DNA from: an uncultured Gammaproteobacteria bacterium
GTDB lineage: Bacteria > Patescibacteriota > Microgenomatia > UBA8517
Length of the DNA: 61,382 nucleotides
NCBI GenBank assembly: GCA_964610395.1
Contig: CAZSXP010000003.1
Location: 5,719 to 67,100 of the forward strand
Direction: 5' to 3'
Below, one piece after another: positions 46,157 to 53,724 of the stretch. The position numbers were made by a program, and so were the translations under genes. Under the pieces are notes generated by a model. That model ran no database searches and was not told the DNA's origin. It saw only the letters and a program-made list of their open reading frames with translations. Numbering within the stretch: position 1 is the first letter of the stretch; each line of letters starts with the position of its first letter.

Positions 46157-47070
46157 CTTGCCTTTTTGAGAGACCTCTTAACAGCAATCAAGCTTCCTGT
46201 AATTGCAATTGCTAAACCAATAATAATCTCTACTCCTAAAATTGCAGCAAAAAGAAGGAAAAAAGATAATGGTTCTTTTGGAAGAACAGGAATTGTACCA
46301 AAGTAAGAAAGTAAACTTGGTGAAGCATAAAGCCAAAAAATAAATGATAACGTCCAACCTGTAATAACTCCAATTAAAGAATAAAAAACACCTTCTAAAA
46401 CAATAGGGCTTCTAATAAATGCTGGGGTTGCTCCTATTAAACTTAATATTTCAATTTCACCTTTTCTGGTAGTCATTCTCATGCTAATAATTACAAGTAA
46501 AACTAAAAATGAGGTAAGAGCCAATGCTCCCACAAAAACTATTCCTCCAACCCTTAAATAATAACTAATAGTTTTAAGTCTACCCACAACATCCCCCAAT
46601 GATTTTTCTCCTCCAATATTTGCAGTAAAACCAACTTGTTCAACAATTGCCTCATTTTTAATTTCATTGATTACTTCTTCTGCTAATTTTAAATCTGTTA
46701 CTGAAAATTCAAGTGATGCAGGAAAAATTGAAGGGCTAACAAGCTCTGCAAGAAGAGGATTATCTTCTGTTGCTTTTTTATAAATTTCCAAAGCCTGTTC
46801 TTTAGGAACATATTTAACATCTTTTACACGAGTATCAAGTGTAAGTTTGTTTTGAAGAGCTGTGATTGCATCATTACTTGTTTCATTTTTTATGAAAGAA
46901 ATTATTTGTGGTCTTGTCTCAAAATATGAAAGTGCTTTACTTGAAGAGTAGACTAAAATTGAAACAGTTGTAGCTACAAAAAAGGTTAAGGCCAAAACAA
47001 AAATAGCAGAAACAGCTTGAAATGGTGATCTTTTTATTGCTTCGATCGCTGTTTTTGTATGTATACTCAT
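46153..47070 (-). CDS. ftsX: Cell-division ABC transporter permease FtsX
   Basis: N-terminal TM, an extracellular domain, then 3 C-terminal TM segments with MRMTTRKGEIEILSLIGATPAFIRSPIVLEG. It is adjacent to ftsE. Confidence 0.9.
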   Translation of the reverse strand: MSIHTKTAIEAIKRSPFQAVSAIFVLALTFFVATTVSILVYSSSKALSYFETRPQIISFIKNETSNDAITALQNKLTLDTRVKDVKYVPKEQALEIYKKATEDNPLLAELVSPSIFPASLEFSVTDLKLAEEVINEIKNEAIVEQVGFTANIGGEKSLGDVVGRLKTISYYLRVGGIVFVGALALTSFLVLLVIISMRMTTRKGEIEILSLIGATPAFIRSPIVLEGVFYSLIGVITGWTLSFIFWLYASPSLLSYFGTIPVLPKEPLSFFLLFAAILGVEIIIGLAIAITGSLIAVKRSLKKAR

Positions 47071-47072
47071 AT

Positions 47073-47720
47073 TTATTTTATTTTACCATCTTCAAGATGA
47101 ATTATTCTGTGTTTTCCATGTTTGATTATTCCTTCATGATGTGTTGCCATTATTATTGTTTTCCCCTCTTTGTTAATCTTCTCCAATAATTCCATTATTC
47201 CTTCTGCTGTTTTCCAATCTAAATTACCAGTGGGTTCATCAGCTAAAATTAATTTAGGATTAATAACTAAAGCCCGTGCCAACGAAACTCTCTGTAGTTC
47301 TCCACCCGAGAGTTGAGAAGGAAACAGTTTTGCTCTACTTGAAAGTCCTACAAGTTTTAATACATGTTTTACTCTTTTTTCCCATTCTTCTTGATCTACA
47401 CCAAAAACTGCTAAAGCAACTTCAACATTTTCAGTTACTGTCCTCTCAGATAAAACCTTAAAATCTTGAAAAACAATTCCCATTTGTTGTCTTAGAAATG
47501 GAACTTCTTTTGCTGGAATATCTGCTACATTTTTACCTTCAAATAAAACTTTGCCTGAATCTGGCAAGATTTCTCGCAGTATCATTTTTAAAATAGTACT
47601 TTTACCAGCCCCTGATGGTCCTGTTAAAAACACAAACTCACCATTTTTAACCTCTAGTGAAACACCTTCCAGTGCTTTTATTGATCCGAAGGATTTTGTT
47701 ACATTGTCAAAAGTGATCAT
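47073..47720 (-). CDS. ftsE: Cell-division ATP-binding protein FtsE
   Basis: Walker A GPSGAGKST, signature LSGGELQRV and Walker B LILADEPTGNLD. Confidence 0.93.
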   Translation of the reverse strand: MITFDNVTKSFGSIKALEGVSLEVKNGEFVFLTGPSGAGKSTILKMILREILPDSGKVLFEGKNVADIPAKEVPFLRQQMGIVFQDFKVLSERTVTENVEVALAVFGVDQEEWEKRVKHVLKLVGLSSRAKLFPSQLSGGELQRVSLARALVINPKLILADEPTGNLDWKTAEGIMELLEKINKEGKTIIMATHHEGIIKHGKHRIIHLEDGKIK

Positions 47721-48148
47721 TCTCCCTCCACTACTTTAATTTTGCCAACATCAATTAGCCAGCCGGCTTTTTTGCCAGAAACTGTTTCTCCCCAGATTTG
47801 AACTTTTTTACCTACAAAGACACCAAGGTCAACAACGCTTGAAGTAAGATAGGCATACTGTGAAGGGCCATTTCCACGAACTAAATGATAAGTTCCTTCT
47901 CCACCAATTCCACCTTCTTCCAAAACACCATCTGTTGTAGTTGAAAACTTTGATTCATCTTTAATTCCTGCCTCATTTTCGGTTGCAACTACAGATTTAC
48001 CCGAAGCGTTTCCTGTAGGTGATCCAGAAGTTTTTCCTACTCCAGAAAATAAATAACCGGTACCAATCCCCAGAAGAACAACTGTAATTGAAATTGCACC
48101 TAATATAATATTCTTTTTAAGAGGAGACGGACTAAGTGTATTTTCCAT
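47717..48148 (-). CDS. Membrane-anchored hypothetical protein
   Basis: 143 aa with a single TM (IILGAISITVVLLGIGTGYLF) and a small Gly-rich extracytoplasmic domain. It has a 4-nt overlap with ftsE. Confidence 0.65.
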   Translation of the reverse strand: MENTLSPSPLKKNIILGAISITVVLLGIGTGYLFSGVGKTSGSPTGNASGKSVVATENEAGIKDESKFSTTTDGVLEEGGIGGEGTYHLVRGNGPSQYAYLTSSVVDLGVFVGKKVQIWGETVSGKKAGWLIDVGKIKVVEGE

Positions 48149-48160
48149 ATATTAATAATA

Positions 48161-49216
48161 TCACAACTTTAATTTTAATTCTGCTTCGATAAATTCGTCA
48201 AGTTCGCCATCTAAAACTGAGTCAGGATTACCTGACTCTACTTCAGTTCTTAAGTCCTTAACCATTTTGTAGGGATGTAAGACGTAAGATCTGATTTGAT
48301 TGCCCCAGCTTGCAGGTTTATATTCACCCTTTATATCCTTTAAATTATTTTTTTCCATTTCCTGTTGTCTAATCCATAATTTAGCGCGAAGAAGACCTAG
48401 GGCAATTTTTCTATTTTGTTCTTGAAATCTTTCTGTCCTTGCTGTAATTACAATTCCTGTGGGTAAATGAGTAAGTCTTACAGCAGTACTAACTTTATTA
48501 ACATTTTGGCCACCATGTCCACCCGCCCTAGTAAATTGCCAATCAAGTTCTTCATCTTTAATTTGAATATCAGGTAAATCAGAAGCTTCTAAATCTGGTA
48601 AGACTTCAACTAAAGCAAAAGAAGTTTGTCTTAAATCATTGGCATTAAACGGAGATTGCCTGACAAGCCTGTGTGTTCCTGCTTCGCCTTTTAAATACCC
48701 ATAGGCATATCGGCCTTTAATCTCAAAGGTAACACTTTTAAGACCAGCTTCCTCGCCTTGGGTTGAATCAATTGTTTCTGTTGTTAATCCTTTTCTTTCG
48801 CAATATCTAATATACATTCTAAAAAGCATAGCCGTCCAATCCATTGCTTCAGTTCCGCCTTGACCCGCATGAATTGTTATTATTGTATTTTTATTATCAT
48901 ACGGTCCTGAGAGGTATGACTTAAGTTCAAGTTTTGCAATTTGTCTTGCCAGTTTATTTAATTCTTCAACGTCCTCGACTTCATTTAAAATTTCAAGTGT
49001 ATCTGAAACGTCTTTGATTTCGTCAATTTCATCTTTTAAGCTTGATAGATTTTGGAGCGTTGCTCGTGCATTATTTTGATCATCCCAAAGTTTGGGATCA
49101 GTTGAATCTGCTGTAAGTTTTTTTAATTCTTCCTCTTTTTTGGCAATATCCAAGGAAATCTTCAAATTTTTTAATTTTTCATTTAGCTCTTCTATGTTTA
49201 CATCTGGGATGTTCAT
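48161..49216 (-). CDS. prfB: Peptide chain release factor 2
   Basis: SPF motif (RLVRQSPFNA) and GGQ motif (GGHGGQNVNKVSTAVRLTHLPTG). It is one uninterrupted 351-aa ORF. Confidence 0.93.
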   Translation of the reverse strand: MNIPDVNIEELNEKLKNLKISLDIAKKEEELKKLTADSTDPKLWDDQNNARATLQNLSSLKDEIDEIKDVSDTLEILNEVEDVEELNKLARQIAKLELKSYLSGPYDNKNTIITIHAGQGGTEAMDWTAMLFRMYIRYCERKGLTTETIDSTQGEEAGLKSVTFEIKGRYAYGYLKGEAGTHRLVRQSPFNANDLRQTSFALVEVLPDLEASDLPDIQIKDEELDWQFTRAGGHGGQNVNKVSTAVRLTHLPTGIVITARTERFQEQNRKIALGLLRAKLWIRQQEMEKNNLKDIKGEYKPASWGNQIRSYVLHPYKMVKDLRTEVESGNPDSVLDGELDEFIEAELKLKL

Positions 49217-49236
49217 AGTTGAAGTATATCAATTTA

Positions 49237-50013
49237 TTAGTTAATTCCCAAAACAACATCGGGGATCTGATCTAAACGACTAATCTTATAAACATTTGGG
49301 TTAACTGGTTGATTGTGTACTGACCATTGTTTTAGATCATCCACAAGAAAACAATGTCTTACACCCAGTTCCCATACTGGATTTATATCAGATCTAGGAC
49401 TATCACCAATTACAACGCAATTATCAACATTTAAATTAAAATATTGAATTGCTTGAGCCCACGATTTTGATGTTTTATGTCCATTTTCATTTACAATAAA
49501 AACATCTTCCCATTTTAAAAATCTGTCTAAACCAAGCCATCCATATTTTTGGGACGTCCATTCTAGTCCAGCATGTGTAACTATACCCATTGGAATTCCC
49601 GTTTTAGATATAAACTCTAGACCCTCTTCAGCACCGTCCAGCATGGTTAATGGAGTTTTATAAATCTGTTGAAATATAGATTTAACTGAATTTTTTATAT
49701 CTTTATCAAAAAAGTATTTTACAGATAATTCATCAACTACATAATCCCAACGATTTGAGTTCACACCAAGTTGCTCGAAAAGTCTATTGTTTACAACTTC
49801 AATTTCATTCATCCAATGTTCTTTTGTAAGGGTTGAAGAATTAATTGCTAAAAAATCACATGCTTTAGACATAACCTTTCTAAAAACTGGTCGGGTCGGA
49901 CAGATTGTATCATCCAAATCAAAAAGAAATCTTTTTATATTCTCCTTTTTACACCATTCACCAAAAAGAATTTCCTTTTCATTTAGGTTCAAAGGATTGT
50001 TTTCCTGTTTCAT
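49237..50013 (-). CDS. HAD-superfamily hydrolase
   Basis: Motif I FLFDLDDTICP, GIVTHAG and the C-terminal VVIGDSPRSD. Confidence 0.8.
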   Translation of the reverse strand: MKQENNPLNLNEKEILFGEWCKKENIKRFLFDLDDTICPTRPVFRKVMSKACDFLAINSSTLTKEHWMNEIEVVNNRLFEQLGVNSNRWDYVVDELSVKYFFDKDIKNSVKSIFQQIYKTPLTMLDGAEEGLEFISKTGIPMGIVTHAGLEWTSQKYGWLGLDRFLKWEDVFIVNENGHKTSKSWAQAIQYFNLNVDNCVVIGDSPRSDINPVWELGVRHCFLVDDLKQWSVHNQPVNPNVYKISRLDQIPDVVLGIN

Positions 50014-50033
50014 AACGGGGATTATAACAGAAT

Positions 50034-50159
50034 TTATTTTAATTGAGTATACACTTTTTTGTGCCCGCCTATTGCTAAAAATCTTACTGTATTTTTACCC
50101 AACCATTCATAAATTATTCTCATATCACCAGTAATGCTAAATGCAAATTTACCTTTCAT
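50034..50159 (-). pseudogene. Truncated RelE/ParE-family toxin remnant (41 codons)
   Basis: Own translation; too short for the ORF track. MKGKFAFSITGDMRIIYEWLGKNTVRFLAIGGHKKVYTQLK matches the C-terminal half of RelE/ParE toxins (LKG...G.YS.RI.d.RIIYe......v.il.IG.H..VY). The N-terminal ~45 aa are missing. Confidence 0.45.
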
Positions 50160-50171
50160 GTTTATCTGGTT

Positions 50172-50342
50172 TTATTTTTTTGAATAACTTATTAAATTAT
50201 CATCGCTTTTTTTATACAAAAGACGCCTTAAGGCGTCTCTGATCAATTCACTAACTGAACTATAACCATTTTTCTTGGCAAAAACTTTCGCGTCTTTATA
50301 CATCTGGGTAGGAATTGATATGTTAACTGTGGTATTCTTCAT
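50172..50342 (-). CDS. Ribbon-helix-helix (CopG/antitoxin-like) protein, 56 aa
   Basis: Own translation: MKNTTVNISIPTQMYKDAKVFAKKNGYSSVSELIRDALRRLLYKKSDDNLISYSKK. It has an N-terminal beta-strand followed by two helices, as in RHH antitoxins. It lies 12 nt upstream of the RelE-like remnant. Confidence 0.65.
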   Translation of the reverse strand: MKNTTVNISIPTQMYKDAKVFAKKNGYSSVSELIRDALRRLLYKKSDDNLISYSKK

Positions 50343-50348
50343 ACAAAG

Positions 50349-50378
50349 ATTGTATCACTTCAATACAAACCTTGTCAA
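50349..50378 (-). promoter_or_regulatory. Near-consensus sigma70-type promoter for the RHH gene; leaderless geometry; overlapping inverted repeats
   Basis: The minus strand reads TTGACA-18 nt-TGATACAAT-CTTTGT-ATG. Inverted repeat AACCTTG-A-CAAGGTT overlaps the -35. TTGTAT-n7-ATACAA overlaps the -10. Confidence 0.55.
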
Positions 50379-50833
50379 GGTTGACATATTATAGCCCTAA
50401 TTTTAGTTATTTCAGCAGGATCTAAATTTTGAAGAGTATTCAGAGCATCTTCTGTGGTTGGATTTGTTGATGCATATGTTTTATTAATCTCTTTACTTGT
50501 ACCTAAAACATTAACAAGTTTTTCATGTCCCATATCAAGCGCTGTTTTAATTGGTTTTGGAGCATTTTTCCAACCTAATAATTCAGTTACTGCTGTCCTA
50601 CCTGCAATTAATAAAAATCCTTCTAAAAATAAAGCAAGTAAAAATCCAAAAAACAAACCTATTAAACCACCTTTTAAAGACCATTTAACAAAGTGGTGTC
50701 TAAATTGAGCTAAACTTATTATTAATAGAAACAATAAAAGTATTATTGCCCCAGCTTTTATATATGTAGGAGCAACTGAGAAACTAGCAAAGAAAGCCAT
50801 AATCTTTTGCCATAAATCTTGAACAAATTGCAT
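50375..50833 (-). CDS. Membrane protein, unknown function
   Basis: 152-aa ORF with 2-3 TM segments. No recognisable domain. Confidence 0.65.
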   Translation of the reverse strand: MQFVQDLWQKIMAFFASFSVAPTYIKAGAIILLLFLLIISLAQFRHHFVKWSLKGGLIGLFFGFLLALFLEGFLLIAGRTAVTELLGWKNAPKPIKTALDMGHEKLVNVLGTSKEINKTYASTNPTTEDALNTLQNLDPAEITKIRAIICQP

Positions 50834-50840
50834 GAACTAA

Positions 50841-51521
50841 TTATATACCAGTTGGGGTAGGTGTTGCAGACGGCGAAGCCGATGCACTTGCTTTAGGTGT
50901 AGGTGTTGCACTTGGTTTTGAAGTTTGGCTACCTCTTAAACCTGTAATTATAACTATATCGGATTTTTGTGTTGAAGATGTTTTTACATTTACCGTTTTA
51001 TAAAAACTATCTAACTCTTTTTTAATTTCATCTTGAACTGATTGAGACAAGGTCTTTGAAAAAGTAACTGTAGTGTCAGTATTATCCGAAGTTTCTGCAT
51101 TTCCTGAAGTTATATCAGAATATCCTAATGCTTTTAATTTATCTGATAATAATTTTGCTTCACCCGATATTCCTGTACCATTTAAAACTTCAATTGAAAT
51201 AGTTTCTCTATTAATTGGTTCTGGAGATTTTGTTGGAACTGGTGTTGTTTCTGGTTCATCTATTGGAACTACTCCAAATGATGGTGTTGGCGTTGGGATA
51301 GCTTCACCACTTGATTTAGTAAAGAAAAATATTCCTGCTCCTCCAAGAATCAAAAGACCTATAAAAATAATTATCCATTTTGAACTTGAACTTTTGGCCT
51401 TTGCAGTTGTTTGAAAACTTGAAGCCTGAGGTGGGCCCTGTTGTGCTACTTCATTTTGTGTTATTTGATCTTGTTCCATATCTTGAGCCGAAGTATACCT
51501 ATAAGGTATGGTGTTTGTCAA
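50841..51521 (-). CDS. LytR_C (LytR/CpsA/Psr C-terminal) domain membrane protein
   Basis: TM (WIIIFIGLLILGGAGIFFF), PT-rich linker, then ISIEVLNGTGISGEAKLLSDKLKALGYSDITSGNAETSDNTDTTVTF. An alternative start lies at 51479. Confidence 0.75.
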   Translation of the reverse strand: MTNTIPYRYTSAQDMEQDQITQNEVAQQGPPQASSFQTTAKAKSSSSKWIIIFIGLLILGGAGIFFFTKSSGEAIPTPTPSFGVVPIDEPETTPVPTKSPEPINRETISIEVLNGTGISGEAKLLSDKLKALGYSDITSGNAETSDNTDTTVTFSKTLSQSVQDEIKKELDSFYKTVNVKTSSTQKSDIVIITGLRGSQTSKPSATPTPKASASASPSATPTPTGI

Positions 51522-52581
51522 CCCCCCGTAATTTTTCCATCAACATTGAATAGAAACGGAGGTTATGGATAGTAAGTAATCTTCCTGCTGTAAAGTCTTT
51601 GACTCTAAATAAATGTGCAATATAACTTCTAGTGTATCTTGTACAAGTTATACAATCACATTTATCACTAAGTGGTCTATCATCCTCCATCATTTTTCCT
51701 TTTGTAAGGTCTAAAAATTCGTAAAAGTTGTCATTATCGAGCTTTATATCTTCGATCGACGAGGCGTCGTAAACATATGCCCTTCCATGTCTTGCATCTC
51801 TAGTTGGTAAAACACAATCAAAAATTGTATAACCCATTTTAACAAGTTCAACAATTTCATCAGGCATTCCAATTCCAAGTCCATATAATAAGTATCCTTT
51901 TGGAGCATTTTCTGCAATCGTTTTAGCAGACTTGTAATCAAACGTTTTATCATCATTAATTGGCCAACCTCCATATCCAAAACCATCAAATCCAATTTTT
52001 ACTAATTCTTTAGCACAATATTTTCGTAGGTCTTGAAAAAAACCGCCTTGAACTACTCCTAAAATTAATGGCCTATTTTTGCCATTTAATTTTTTCTGTT
52101 TACAAATTAAATCAAATTCTTCTTTACTTCTTTTGGCCCAAAGAATAGTCCTGTCTACTGAAATTTTTGCTTCATCATATGTTGCTTTTGGATCCGTAAA
52201 GTCATCTAATACTACTACCATGTCACTTCCTAATTCCAACTGAAATTCAATTGATTTTTCAGGTGTTAATTTAACAATTTTTTCACCTACTGGTTTAAAA
52301 ATTGCACCTTTGTTATTAACATGACCTGCTGAAGGATTCATTTTGATTAAACTCCCCACTTGAAATCCTCCAGAATCAGATATTACAAATCCATTCCAGT
52401 CCATAAATTTTTTAATCCCTCCACGAGCCTTTATATAATCTATTCCTAAATCTTTGTACAAATGATATGTATTGACCAAAACCCCTTTTGTTTTTGTACT
52501 TTCAATATCACTAGTATCTAAAGATTTAATTAATCCACGTGTTGCATCAGGAAAAAAAACTGGAAGAGGCGAAAGTTTCAT
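51499..52581 (-). CDS. tgt: Queuine tRNA-ribosyltransferase (tRNA-guanine transglycosylase)
   Basis: VISDSGGFQV, GLGIGMPDEI and the Zn site CDCITCTRYTRSYIAHL. Confidence 0.93.
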   Translation of the reverse strand: MKLSPLPVFFPDATRGLIKSLDTSDIESTKTKGVLVNTYHLYKDLGIDYIKARGGIKKFMDWNGFVISDSGGFQVGSLIKMNPSAGHVNNKGAIFKPVGEKIVKLTPEKSIEFQLELGSDMVVVLDDFTDPKATYDEAKISVDRTILWAKRSKEEFDLICKQKKLNGKNRPLILGVVQGGFFQDLRKYCAKELVKIGFDGFGYGGWPINDDKTFDYKSAKTIAENAPKGYLLYGLGIGMPDEIVELVKMGYTIFDCVLPTRDARHGRAYVYDASSIEDIKLDNDNFYEFLDLTKGKMMEDDRPLSDKCDCITCTRYTRSYIAHLFRVKDFTAGRLLTIHNLRFYSMLMEKLRGVDKHHTL

Positions 52582-53184
52582 TTATTTATTACCAAGTGTG
52601 ATGACGAAATCATATTTACTTGAAGCTGAAAGTGTTTCTGTTTTTTCTGCTACTTTATAATTTTTAGCTAAATCAGTTTTAATCGTTTCTAAAAATTCTT
52701 TTTTACTATCTTTAACAGAGATAATAGTATTAGTAAAATCTGAAGTTGCTGCATTTCCTGTCATAACATCTTTATAACCTAATTCTTCTAAATAAGTTTT
52801 TGCTTTTCCTGCAAAGCCTGAAATTCCACTACCATTTAATACCTGCAATTTTATTTCTTCTCTTTTTAAAGATGATGACGGAGAAGCTGTTGGCCCCGAT
52901 TGAATCGGGGTTGGTGTTTCAACTGTATTTGGTGTAGGTGTTGCTATCATCTCATTAAGACGAGATATTCCAGAAAAATATGTAATTAATCCACCAACTA
53001 ATGCACCAACTAAAAGAGCTGTTGGAATTATAATCCATAAATAATTTGATTTTTCTTCTTCGACAACCACTTCTGGTTCTACTACAGTTTCAGGTTCTGA
53101 TTTAGATTCAATAATTGGGGCTTCGACTTCTTCAACTACAACTACCTTTTTATTTTCCTTTTTAGTTTCTTCTTCTTTTGACAT
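52582..53184 (-). CDS. LytR_C domain membrane protein (paralog of 50841..51521)
   Basis: TM (WIIIPTALLVGALVGGLITYF), a linker, then IKLQVLNGSGISGFAGKAKTYLEELGYKDVMTGNAATSDFTNTIISV. Confidence 0.75.
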   Translation of the reverse strand: MSKEEETKKENKKVVVVEEVEAPIIESKSEPETVVEPEVVVEEEKSNYLWIIIPTALLVGALVGGLITYFSGISRLNEMIATPTPNTVETPTPIQSGPTASPSSSLKREEIKLQVLNGSGISGFAGKAKTYLEELGYKDVMTGNAATSDFTNTIISVKDSKKEFLETIKTDLAKNYKVAEKTETLSASSKYDFVITLGNK

Positions 53185-53212
53185 ACATTAATAATACCAC
53201 AATTTAAGTAAA

Positions 53213-53707
53213 TTACTTAACTCCAAGCAATTCAACTTCAAAAATTAAAGTGGCATTTGGAGGAATTACTCCCCCTGCACCTTGTTCACCATATCCTAAA
53301 CTTGATGGAATTGTTAATTTTCTTTGTCCTCCAATTTTCATGCCAGCAAATCCTTGATCCCAACCCTTAATTACTTGACCTGCACCTAAAGTAAATTCAA
53401 ATGGTTCACCTCTATCTTTACTGGAATCAAACTTAGTTCCATTAGTTAAAGTTCCCGTGTAGTGCACTGAAATTGTTTTACCAGCAATTGCCTCTTCTCC
53501 TGTTCCTACTACTAAATCTTCTATTTTTAATTCTTCCACGTCAATATTTTCCACTATCGGAGTACTTTCTGCAATAGCAGAAACATCTTGTGGAGCTATT
53601 TCAACAACTTTACTTTTTAAAAAATAAATAAGACCAAAGGTAACAATACCAACAACTACGAAATAGCCCAAAAATGAAAATATATTAAATTTGTTTTCTT
53701 CTTGCAT
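53213..53707 (-). CDS. FKBP-type peptidyl-prolyl cis-trans isomerase, membrane anchored
   Basis: [60 protein letters not shown]...LIFEVELL. Confidence 0.9.
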   Translation of the reverse strand: MQEENKFNIFSFLGYFVVVGIVTFGLIYFLKSKVVEIAPQDVSAIAESTPIVENIDVEELKIEDLVVGTGEEAIAGKTISVHYTGTLTNGTKFDSSKDRGEPFEFTLGAGQVIKGWDQGFAGMKIGGQRKLTIPSSLGYGEQGAGGVIPPNATLIFEVELLGVK

Positions 53708-53724
53708 TTATAGAATATAGTTTA

